From assembly GCA_964252035.1 (NCBI GenBank), contig OZ176211.1: a DNA stretch of 64,000 nucleotides. One strand, written 5' to 3'. The notes under the pieces are model-generated. The model did no database searches and was not told where the DNA came from. It was given only the letters and a program-made list of their open reading frames with translations. The stretch comes from Podarcis erhardii (Eukaryota). The translations under genes and the position numbers were made by a program. Below, piece by piece: positions 11,816 through 22,379 of this stretch. Within the stretch, counting starts at the first letter, position 1; every line of letters starts with the position of its first letter.

Positions 11816-12673
11816 TTCTACAGGATGCCTCATGAAGCATAGGCTCCATGCATCAGGCTCACTCCCGGCAGAGGGGGAAAGAGTGACTTTGAGCATGAGC
11901 AAAGTGCCATTCTTTTTCCGCCATGTCACCTGACAGCAGCCAAGCTTCTCTCTCCTCCCCACATTCTGTTTATAAGACAACCCCCAAATTTTGACTGAAA
12001 AAAACCAGGTAAAAACATCGTCTTATACACAGAAAAATACAGTATATTTGTTTCTTGATGTAAAAAATAGTTCACACTGCACCTCAGAATGTTAATTTAA
12101 GACACACATCCCTTTCACTATGCACTATTTGTAACAAGAAATGCTGGCATGTTGGCTTGTAGTTACATGCCAAATCTACCATTATTTTACATATGATTTT
12201 GATTCTACGAAACTACTTGGTAGCGAGAATAGTTTCAAGGAAAGATAAATTGGCTGGTGGTGCTAGTATGGAGGCATGCAGACTTCTGAAATTTCTACTT
12301 TGAAGCACTCTGGTATTTATTCACAGGCTAGAGAATCCCTAGGGATCTTTATTTTTATAGAACTGTTGAAACAGCAGAAATAAAATGAGAGCAAGATTTT
12401 TTAAAATTATGAACTCTCTTCTCCTGCAACTGATAAAACCTTATTACTCTGGAATGGCTTTTTGAGTTATTTCTAACTTGCCAGAGACCATTTGTTAATG
12501 AAAGAGAAATCTCTACTGAATTCTACCAACCTCCAAAATGCAGAACAGTAATAATTAAATAGTTGTACAATGTCAAGTATATGAACTGTAGGAATCAACC
12601 TGACCCCCTCTTTTTGTAGTTTAACCTTATAAAGCAAAAAACAATAATAGACAAACGAGTATCACAGTAGTAC

Positions 12674-12813
12674 CTGTTTCAGGAAAGGTAGATCACTGAA
12701 GGATTTCCGTACTCCACTGCCCAGAACTACGACTTTACAATGAGAGCACCACTGTGACCTCAACCCTGAACCATCTGCAACATGTGGACTGTGTGCCTTA
12801 TAGCCTGCCAAGA
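12674..12813 (-). CDS. KMT2C: KMT2C exon ~50
   Basis: (V)LAGYKAHSPH...QWCSHCKVVVLGSGVRKSFSDLPFLKQ; 140 nt; alternative acceptor at 12804. Confidence 0.9.
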
Positions 12814-13275
12814 CTTAACAAGAACACCAACAAGTTACAAAGTGTCATTCTGAATAGAGCATATGCATTACTTCAGTGTAAGTATTAACATGGGCGTGCG
12901 TGTTCCTCCAAATAATTTATCCTGATTTCATTTTTAAAGCACAATTTAACTACAACTGTTGCACAGCAACACACCTTCCACCACTGCGGACCTACTTTGC
13001 CCTTCCCCTTCATACCACCCTATTCTTTTTACAGTGCTTCTATTTACACATTTTTACATTGCAGTTTAATGTGACAAAATATCTGCCGCTGGACAACGTT
13101 CCACAAGTATGGGTTTTGCCTAGTCACTCTCACCAGAACATGATTCGTACTACTGAGGAGACAGAAAAATGAAGCACAGTGTCATTTTCTCACCTTGGAT
13201 TAAACTCTTCATTGCCACCTTTTCTAAAAAACAACTACAATTAACAAAACCAAAAGAAGATATATCCTTACTCAC

Positions 13276-13528
13276 CGTTACCACTTGGGGGAAATGGCAT
13301 ATTATGTTGTTTGAGTCCGTAAGGCCCTGTTAGTCCAGGAGGCCCTACAGTGCCTGCCTGAGGACCGTGAAGTAACAAGTGTTGCCTGTACTCAAAGGCT
13401 ACATTTGCTCTGTGAGAGTTCATAATTCCCAGAGAGGATGGGACATCTGGTGCACTGCTCACTTCATAACTGTTTGGAATTCTGACATGCAGAAGATTGG
13501 AAAATGCAGCCACCACACTGCCAATATT
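13276..13528 (-). CDS. KMT2C: KMT2C exon ~49
   Basis: NIGSVVAAFSNLLHVRIPNSYEVSSAPDVP...PFPPSGN; 253 nt. Confidence 0.96.
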
Positions 13529-13781
13529 CTAGAGTGGGAAAGGGAAAAAGGACAAGTGCATAGCATCTTTTTTCTTCATCACATACTTAAAAGAGGACTG
13601 CACTGAAATGGAGCAGTGCATGTTTTGCAGAACAACCTCCCCCCTCCCCTGAATGCTCTCGTCCAGTTTTGGGGTGGGAGGGATGTAAAACAGGTCACAG
13701 ATTTGCACACACTCCAAATGGCAGACTGAGGGCAATGCTTCCTGGGCTCACTTCTGTTCAGCTTAATGACAGTAAATTTGA

Positions 13782-13836
13782 CTGATTGCCATATGACGAA
13801 ACATCAACACACTAGCTACGTGATCCCTGATTGGCC
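13782..13836 (-). promoter_or_regulatory. Candidate intronic regulatory cluster (CCAAT box, ACGT core)
   Basis: GGCCAATCAG (13836-13827), TCACGTAG (13823-13816), GGCAATCAG (13790-13782); motif evidence only. Confidence 0.3.
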
Positions 13837-13890
13837 GGGATTACATTAGTAAGAAGCCCTTGTTTTCTTTTTTTTTAAGAAGGCACCTAA

Positions 13891-13953
<63 letters not shown>
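13891..13953. repeat. Compound microsatellite (GCT)9(GTT)12
   Basis: Direct count; uninterrupted. Confidence 0.97.
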
Positions 13954-14238
13954 AAATCAAGGAAAGCAGCTGCTTCAAAGAGCATGTGATAAAACAAGGA
14001 AATTGGGAATTTGTGAACCCAGCCCTCCACAATCTAAGTAAGTGTCTTTTTCTTCGAAAAACTGTTTGTGGGAAGTATTTCGGTGCAGATTTACAATTTA
14101 AAGAAATGGCACTGAAACTAATAACCAGAGTTTACAACAACTGTTGTACTGCAACACAAATAAAATAGCCATAACGTCTGCAGGACATGGGGCACAACAT
14201 TGTCACAGATACATGCAGCTCACTGGAACTTTCCTTAC

Positions 14239-14375
14239 CTCTGCAGCTGTGGGATGTAAAGTAATTGCTATGGATACAAGGCCAGATTTTGGACCATTTT
14301 GAGAAGGACCAAGCTGAGAGCCAAAGAAGCCAGAACCAGGCTCTGTTTTGATATAATTCCTTTTTTCTTCTGAAC
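14239..14375 (-). CDS. KMT2C: KMT2C exon ~48
   Basis: (G)SEEKRNYIKTEPG...GLVSIAITLHPTAAE; 137 nt. Confidence 0.93.
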
Positions 14376-14482
14376 CTTCAGTTAAAGGGAGAGATACAAA
14401 ATTAAACATGCATGGAATGGAGGCACATGAACATGCCGGTGGGGAAATTAGTAGAAACATCTAGAAAATATTTTGGCAATAC

Positions 14483-14661
14483 CTTTTCCAGTACTGGCAG
14501 GTAGAATTGGAATGATGGGGGATGGAACAGGTTCGGGCATCTCTTCCTTTACTGCTGACAGATCAGGGTATCTACTTATTTCCATGCCCATTACACTCTC
14601 GGGAGAGGAGGAAGGAACAAAGCTGTCAGGAGTGTCTCTGTCATCACAAGGATCCTGAACC
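14483..14661 (-). CDS. KMT2C: KMT2C exon ~47
   Basis: VQDPCDDRDTPDSFVPSSSPES...PSPIIPILPASTGK; 179 nt. Confidence 0.96.
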
Positions 14662-14714
14662 CTGAGAGGGAAAATAATTGGAAATGTTTTTCACATATAG
14701 ATGTGTAAAGTGGA

Positions 14715-15000
14715 AATGGGTATGTTTAGCCTGGTAAAGAGGAGACTGAGAGGAGATATGATAGCCATCTTCAAATATTTTAAGGACTGTCACAGGGAGG
14801 GTGGAGCAAGCTTCTTGTTTTCTCCTGCACCCATCCAATGGATCCAAAAGTTACAAGGAAAGATATTCCGACTAAACCTCAGTAAGAACGCTCTGACAGT
14901 AAGAGCTGTTTGACAGTGGAATGGACTCCCGTGGAAGGTGGAGGACTCTCCATTGTTTGAAGTTTTTAAGCAGAGGTTGGATGACCATCGGCCATGTATG
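14715..15000 (+). mobile_element. CR1 LINE 3' fragment
   Basis: Encodes MFSLVKRRLRGDMIAIFKY (CR1 ORF2 C-terminus), followed by CR1 3' end ...aagcagaggttggatgaccatc. Confidence 0.85.
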
Positions 15001-15138
15001 ATCCAATTTTACCTGAATTCAATAGGACTTACTTCTGAGTAACATGGTTATTTAGAATTTAGCAGCATCATGGAGCACCTAAGATAACAGATACCCAACA
15101 CAAAGCTAAAAATAAAAATAATTAGAGAAAATATCTAC

Positions 15139-15286
15139 CTCAGCTCTTCATGATTGTTATGAGGTGGGGTTGGAAGAGAAGCAGGAACATCCACACTTTT
15201 AGGACCCTGAGCCATGGCTCTGGCTAACAGATCATCCTGTGGTCTGAAAGGCAGCTGAAACTGCTTCGGTCCCAGAGCTTTGGTAA
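15139..15286 (-). CDS. KMT2C: KMT2C exon ~46
   Basis: (V)TKALGPKQFQLPFRPQDDLLARAMAQGPKSVDVPASLPTPPHNNHEEL; 148 nt. Confidence 0.96.
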
Positions 15287-15724
15287 CTGAAATGCAGCAA
15301 GAACAGAAAAAACAAATGACCCAAATATTCAGTGACCTATAAAAGGGGGCGGGGAATCAAAAAATGGATCCTAACTTCAACCTATACTTCTTTTGTTTTA
15401 CATTTAATTAGACTTTCAGTCAGTAGCCGAAGTTGTGAAAATCTGCAGCATTCTCATACAAATGAAAGGATGAGGGAAGCTCATGCCCACTTTATGAGGA
15501 CCAACAATATAGCTATCTATACTGGCCATGTATACATTATGTAAGCACAGAATATGCACAAAATGTTCATCAAAGTTGTTCCTATAAATTTTGCGAGAAA
15601 TGATAACAAAAAGTCAAAACATTCTGCTGTAAAGTGGATTTCAAATCTGAAAAAAGTAAGTAAATGGTTTTCAGACAATCTGAAAACTGAAAATGTACAC
15701 TCTGGCATACATGTGAAAACTTAC

Positions 15725-15866
15725 CATCATGCCCTCCAAGCATTCCAGCCTTTGTAGCAAGTTCTTCAGTGGTTGCAAATCCATTTACCATTTTTTGGCA
15801 AGTCACAGGTGGAGGTGTAGGAGGGAGGGAGGCCGGAGGAGTGGGAGGGTTGCTCAAGTTATTCTG
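15725..15866 (-). CDS. KMT2C: KMT2C exon ~45
   Basis: QNNLSNPPTPPASLPPTPPP...GMLGGHD; NAGNAG acceptor; 142 nt. Confidence 0.95.
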
Positions 15867-16718
15867 CTGCAAAAGAGGAAATAATTTAAAGTTAGCTTTC
15901 AGCAAGTTTATCTGGTATGTGATAAGTTATGTATCTTACGTACAAAAGGTCCAACAGAATGCACATAATTTTTATTTTACAGCTGCACATACATAATGCA
16001 CCTGTTTATCTACCAGTCATACTGGCTTGGTTCAGATGCAACACAACACCTGGTTTGGTGCTATGAGAATGAATCTGGAAGGATAATATACTCAGAATAA
16101 GAAGTCAGTTGCTGGGTTTGGGGGTAAACCATAGCTTACTATTATATCGAAGCATTTGACCTGCAAACCAGGACTGCAAGCTTTGATCAACTTCGATTTT
16201 GCATGGCAAATGCAAGCCATAATTTGCAGGTCATGTTTGAAGTTATGCCTGAACTGAGGTGGCTGGCTTGGTTCACACATCACACTAAGCCGAACCACGG
16301 CTTAGCATAAACACATGTGTGTGGGTTCTGGACAAGAAGATTGGCTGGGGAAGAACAAAAAACCCCTCATTCTGCTGCAGCACTGCAATGAGCTAAGCCA
16401 TGGCTTGGCCTTAGCCTGTCATCTGCGGCTGGGCTTGTGGTTTATCTCTCTCCAGACTAACTACAAGCAGTAAGCAAGATTTGCTCCATGGTTTATGGCT
16501 CACGGTTTGTTCAGGAAAACTTAACCATAAGCCTGGGTTTGGATGACACACTAAGTAAAACCAGGCCTTAGTTCAGTGCAGGGTAGCAGAACAACAGAAG
16601 GACCAGTGGGGAGCAAAGCAACCACAATCCCCTCTATGGGAGCCCACATGCTCATCGGTTTGTGCTAAGCTGATGCACCATAGCCAAGGAGATCCTCTCA
16701 TCAGTCACCACCTATCTA

Positions 16719-16854
16719 AAGGCTTCCTCAAACTCGGTCCTCCAGATGTTTTGAGACTACAATTCCCATCATCCCTGACCACTGGTCCTGCTAGCTAGGG
16801 ATCATGGGAGTTGTAGGCAAAAAACATCTGGAGGGCCGAGTTGGAGGAAGCCTG
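16719..16854. mobile_element. Small palindromic hAT-type MITE (squamate 'ctacaactcccatc' family)
   Basis: aggcttcctcaaactcgg...ccgagttggaggaagcctg inverted ends; same core as 11678-11815. Confidence 0.75.
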
Positions 16855-17000
16855 TGGTAGAGCATCTGCTTTACATTTCAATTTATGGCATCTTCTCTCT
16901 GGGAACGTCCCCTGTCTGAAACCCTGGAGCACCATTGCCACTCAGGGTATACAGTGCTGAGCTAGATGGACCATTGGCCTGACTCAGTTTAAGGCAACTT
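16855..17000 (+). mobile_element. tRNA-derived squamate SINE (Squam3-like), diverged
   Basis: gtggtagagcatctgcttt head remnant; ctgaaaccctggag...gagctagatggaccattggcctgactcag tail. Confidence 0.65.
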
Positions 17001-17376
17001 TCACAATTGCATCAGTTTGAAAAGATAGTTATAGAATAAAAAATATTTACAGTGTGAGTAATGGGTCACATCCAATGCCGTGGTTCCACTATGGCAGTAG
17101 ACTTCCACTTGTGCATCAGAACTGCGCCCCCCCACCCCCGTGTCTGCCAGTGTGGGAGGGGAAGTCCCGTTGCAGAAGCAGAATTCTGTTTTAAATATGC
17201 CTCACCACTTTCCAGTGAGGAAGAACAATAATAAAGTTGGCAATGAGAGAACAAGAAAAACGAAATCTTTTAAAATCCAGCATGCCTCATGAAACACCAT
17301 GGTATAACTACTGCTGGATCCCAATGTTTTGTTTCGTATAGAACATTTGGAGAATCTATGTAGAAAAAAAATACAC

Positions 17377-17541
17377 CTTGTAGATTAGCTGAGAATAGTA
17401 ATCTGATACCCCGTCAAGCGTTGCACTACCAAAGCTTCCCAAAAGGCGATTTCCACTATTCAGATGGCCACTGCCATAAGGAAGAAAGTGGGCAAAACTC
17501 ACTCCAATTATCGGCTCCATTAGAGGCAGCAAAGAGAGTTG
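17377..17541 (-). CDS. KMT2C: KMT2C 165-nt in-frame exon between exons ~44 and ~45 (likely cassette)
   Basis: ttttcctacag|QLSLLPLMEPIIGVSFAHFLPYGSGHLNSGNRLLGSFGSATLDGVSDYYSQLIYK|gtgtat; phase 0-0. It matches the extra segment I recall from the long human KMT2C isoform and the equivalent KMT2D region. Confidence 0.92.
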
Positions 17542-17640
17542 CTGTAGGAAAAGATGAGTAGTAATTATTTTTCACTAGCAATATGCAACAATGAAGTGTA
17601 AATTTCCACTCAATTACACTAAGATGACTGTAACCATTAG

Positions 17641-18059
17641 TAATAATAATAATAATAATTTATTATTTATACCCCGCCCATCTGGCTGGGCTTCCCCAGC
17701 CACTCTGGGCGGCTTCCAAAAGAATATTAAAATACATAAAACATTAAAAGCTTCCCTAAACAGGGCTGTCTTCAGATGTCTTCTAAAAGCCTGGTAGTTG
17801 TTGTTCTCTTTGACATCTGATGGGAGGGCGTTCCACAGGGCGGGTGCCACTACCGAGAAGGCCCTCTGCCTGGTTCCCTGTAACTTGGCTTCTCGCAGTG
17901 AGGGAACCGCCAGAAGGCCCTTGGTGCTGGACCTCAGTGTCTGGGTAGAACGATGGGGGTGGAGACGCTCCTTCAGATATACTGGACCAAGGCCGTTTAG
18001 GGCTTTAAAGGTCAGCACCAACACTTTGAATTGTGCTCGGAAACGTACTGGGAGCCCAA
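17641..18059 (-). mobile_element. L2-clade LINE 3' fragment with (TTA)n tail
   Basis: VLTFKALNGLGPVYLKERL...RAFSVVAPALWNALP; same family as 18358-18928. Confidence 0.82.
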
Positions 18060-18135
18060 GGTTTTTTAAAAACTCATTTATTGAACACTAGCCTTGAGGT
18101 TAGTCCTTCAAGTACTTTACATAAAGGACTTCAGA

Positions 18136-18358
18136 CAGAATCACAGAAATGTAGAGTTGGAAGGAACTCAAAGGTCACCTAGTCCAACTTTCTGCAATAC
18201 AGGAATCACAGCTAAAGGAATCCCTGATAGACTGCCATCCAACCTCTATTTAAAAACCTCCAATGAAGGAGAGTCACCACCTTCCAAGGTAGTCCATTCC
18301 ATGGCTGAACAGAGTTCTTCCTAATGCTTAGTCAGAATCTCTTTTCTTGTAATTTGAA

Positions 18359-18403
<45 letters not shown>

Positions 18404-19284
18404 TTATTTATACCCCACCCATCTGGCTGGGTTTCCCTAGCCACTTTGGGCGGCTCCCAACCGAATATTAAAAACACAGTACAGCATTAAACATTAAAAA
18501 CTTCCCTAAACAGGGCTGCCTTCAGATGTCTTTTAAACGTAAGGCTTATTGCCTTGACATCTGATGGGATGGAAGGCACCACTACCGAGAAGGCCCTCTT
18601 CCTGGTTCCCTGTAACCTCACTTCTAGCAGTGAGGGAGCCGCCAGAAGGCCCTCGGCGCTGGACCTCAGTGTCTGGGTTGAACAATGGGGGTGGAGATGT
18701 TCCTTCAAGTATAAGGACTGAGGCCATTGAGGGCTTTAAAGGTCAGCACCAAAACTTTGAATTGTGCTTGGAAACGTACTGGGAGCCAATGCAGATCTCT
18801 CAGGAACATTATATGGTCTCGGCGGCCACTCCCAGTCACCAGCATGGCTGCCACATTCTGGACTAATTGCAGTTTCCGAGTCACCTTCAAAGGTAGCGCC
18901 ACTTAGAGGGCATTGCAGTAGTCCAAGCATTGATTTGTCTCCTACCCTTCAAAGGAGAAGAAAACAAGCTTCCTTCACCTTCCCTGTGACAGCCCTTCTG
19001 ATTTCTGAAAATGACTATCATATCTCCCTTTAGTCTCCTCCAAGCTAAACATACCCAACTCCTTCAACTGTTCATCATAAGGCTTGGTTCCCAGACCCTT
19101 GATAATTTTGGTTGTCCTGCACACATTCCAGATTGTCAATATCCTTCTTAAATTGTGGCGTCCAGAACTGGGGGACTGACCAAGGCAGAATAGATTGGGG
19201 CTACTACCTCCCTTGATCTAGACACTATGCTTCTGAATTGCTTTAGCTTTTTTGCTGCTGCATCACACTGCTGACTCAGGTTAA
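18136..19284 (-). mobile_element. CR1 LINE 3' fragment, split by an L2 insertion at 18358-18928
   Basis: agaatcacagaa..tagagttggaagg tail; the CR1 sequence resumes after 18928. Confidence 0.75.
18358..18928 (-). mobile_element. L2-clade LINE 3' fragment with (TTA)n tail
   Basis: ORF2 C-terminus LHWLPVRFQAQFKVLVLTFKALNGL / RAFSVV, frameshifted; about 14 TAA units at 18359-18402. Confidence 0.8.
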
Positions 19285-20004
19285 GGTATGGAATTACATC
19301 CTTTCATGCACTCTTCCCATGAGGTAAGCAGGCTTTACCAATACATTTTTGCTCACAGACTTTGCTCTCAAATAAAATAAACTAACACCATCAGGACAGT
19401 GGCTCTCCAACCGTGGAGCATTGCAACTGTGTCCCAACCCTCTATTAATAATAAATGAACAACAAACACATTGTTTTAAAAGCTTATTGCGTAAAATAAA
19501 ATAAAAAAGATGTTTTCATGATGATTTGGAAAGTTGCAGTAGTTCTGCCTCTTCTGTCTCACCTCCAAGCCTTATTATTTTTACCTACCTTCCAACAGAC
19601 ACTTTCTTCGTCTTTTATGCATTAGCCCTATGCCTTTACCAAGTGTCTTTCACTTTCCCATTTTTCAGTCTCCTTGCTTTCTTCTCCATGATCCTGGCTG
19701 CATTCTTTCATCAACACTCCCTAAGCAATCCCTAAAACACTGACATTATGTTGCAGGGGGCAACAAGTCAAATATGTCAACACCATCATGCATCACAATA
19801 AATCTAGATGTGGATTGTAGGCAAATATTAAGTGCACTTAAAAATGTAAATACGTGTATTTCTAGATTATCAACTACTGTGAATAAACAAGCATACTAAA
19901 AAAACCCTAAACATTATGGTGCTGGATGTGACCACCTTGCTCAGTATAGTCAGTGACATAATATATCTTCAGTCTTTTAAGTTCTTTACCCCTTCAGTGC
20001 TCAC

Positions 20005-20217
20005 CTGTTTTAACTGCATAAATGTTTCAGTGTTAGGATAAATAGCATGCTTTTCCTCTTCCTCTTTTTTCCTCTTCTTAGATCGAGGTGCTGCCTTCTC
20101 ACCCGCCCTCTGAGTTCGTTTATTTCGTTGTTTTTTCATTTCATGTCCTAAATCTGCTCTCTGAAGCTGGCTGTTACCACATCCAAATGTACCCTGCAAT
20201 GGATTCCCTAATGATTG
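20005..20217 (-). CDS. KMT2C: KMT2C exon ~44
   Basis: QSLGNPLQGTFGCGNSQ...GEKAAPRSKKRKKEEEEK...MQLKQ|gtgagc; 213 nt; alternative in-frame acceptor at 20193. Confidence 0.9.
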
Positions 20218-22379
20218 CTTATGGGGGGCGGGAGGGAAATGATAAAGATATATCAGTTCAAATCACTTAGTTGAACATTTTGTTTTGTATTTGTAAAAAG
20301 CAACATATAATGCTACTATACATTTGGCATTACTTTATTAGTTTATTATTTATAACAAGCAAGACACCCACCAAATGGTAAGAACACGACTATGAAAATG
20401 AGCATGGAGGCAAGTGAATCTTTCCTCCCCTGTTCCAAGGAGGTTTTGCCAATCCGTGTCTCTAAAATCCCAAGCTTTCACCATATCTTTAAAACTGTTT
20501 GCTACTTCACCTGCCCCTTTCCCTTATGATTTGTCACCTCAGCTACTCCCTTTAAACACTGCCTTCCTTCCTCATTTCCTGGGCCCCAAGCTGATATTGC
20601 TACACCTTTCATTACTTTAGCTCCTGCTTACTCTAAAGTGACTTTCCAAACCACCTGCTTTTTTCTGCCTCCATATATCTTTGCTATCTCCTCAGCACTC
20701 TATAATCAGGCACCCAGCCTGCTTCCCTTCAGCCTTCAAGAAGGGGTCTGATATGAGGAAAGGGAGGGGACTGGTCTATTGGATGCCAATGTCGCACAAT
20801 CACTTAAATCTGCATACTCATATAGCCTTGCTGTAGCTCTGCTTACAGTAGTTCCTAGTAGGAATACTGGTGGGTGTGTTTGTCCCAGGTGCAAGGTTAC
20901 AGGCTCCTGAAACATAGCTTATCAATTCCAGATCTCCCTTTCCTTTTGGCAATACCCATCCTACCCTGGATCTTAAAAAAGCAGTACTGAAGGAGAAGGT
21001 GGACAGAGACTCACAAATGTTGCAGATATTTTTCTTCCTATTTTATGTATAGGTTTGAATGTTTTTTTGTTACTGCCTAAATTTAAATGATAAATATATG
21101 GAAAACATGCAGAAATCATAACTCTTTGAGGTACAGACACCCTCCTCACTTTTAGAAAAAGCTAAACAACAATAAAAAAGAAAGCACTAAAATTACCAGT
21201 GACATTAATGATTTTAGGAGGGTGAAGAGAAACAGAAGTATAATTGCACCCATGCTAGAGAAATGCCACCCTTTCTATGTGATTCCTTCCTGCCCTAGTA
21301 TTTTTGTTAACATGTTGTTTTGCTTAACAATGTCCAGAGTCTCTTGACAGGCTGCAATAATGACAAAGCATACACACCTAATGAAATCAGAACTCCAGCA
21401 TTCTACAGTAATATTTCACAGACACAAATAAGCTCTCTGATCTTAGATTCCAATAATGTCAAACCAAGAATCACTGTCATTAAAAATTATAGCTTTTAAG
21501 TTTGAATACAAAAGCCATTTTAAAATTATCAGTATAATTTATTTACACACAAAAACAGAGTGCTAATGGCAGCAAAACCTTCCAAGCACTGATTTTATCC
21601 AGTTTTTAAGAATATTGCGCAATTATCAGTTCACAACAGCAGGTTTCCCTCTGGGAGGCACAAGAGTTTATGAATGTACAAGAGTGACTCCCTAGAAGAT
21701 ATGTTAGCTATGAATTACTAAATTGGCTGACAAAATATATTATTCAGTGTTCAGCATGACTATAGTTATTCTTTCTAAGGTGCAGAATATCTTCATCAAT
21801 GAATATCACTAGTTTATTACTGTGCTCAAACTAACTTATTTTGAGTAAGTGTGTGACTCAAGTGCTAAAAAAAAACCTTAAAATCAAAAATACAAGAACT
21901 TTTGCCGTTCCTTATCTAATTTGAACAAATGGCTGCTTTATGATAGTATCTGTTCAGGGACCATAATTCAGCACGTCAAAGGAAAACTGAGGTTTATAAT
22001 TTTCCATACAATCTTAAGCTTCTCCTCACATCTAAACTGGATATTCACTAAAACAGTTGCTTGTGAGTAGCTCTGTATATTTGTCACGTGTAAAGGCTGG
22101 GATGCTGCAACTATGTATTCAAATGCTGTGGAGTTTGCCTTTGAATCATGCTTCTCCATTTCCTGCTTTACTTGATGACCTCTAGAGGGGGTGAAAGCCC
22201 ATATACAGAACATCGTGAAGGAGGAACATGTTCAATCAGCACTGCCTTTGTTTTTTTTTAAGGGCATATCCTTAGCGGCTGGGCTATTTTAAATTTACAA
22301 TAAATTTACAATAAATACACAATGCTGCATCATTTCCAATACCCTCTAAGTTTGGGTGTTAATAATAAAAATTGGTTAC

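Larger units (their letters stand above)
10974..12042. mobile_element. Non-autonomous Tc1/mariner (Tigger/pogo-like) element with nested insertions
   Basis: 23-bp TIRs ccgtatttttctgtgtataagac / gtcttatacacagaaaaatacag; TA TSD on both sides. Confidence 0.85.

Noticed and set aside
16000-16680. Inverted-repeat-rich stretch resembling 51730-52090 and 57190-57480
   Set aside because: Looks like a dispersed decayed DNA-element family, but I could not fix termini or TSDs, so it is not annotated
17614-18930. 136-aa and shorter ORFs as host genes
   Set aside because: They are L2 LINE ORF2 C-terminal remnants followed by LINE tails
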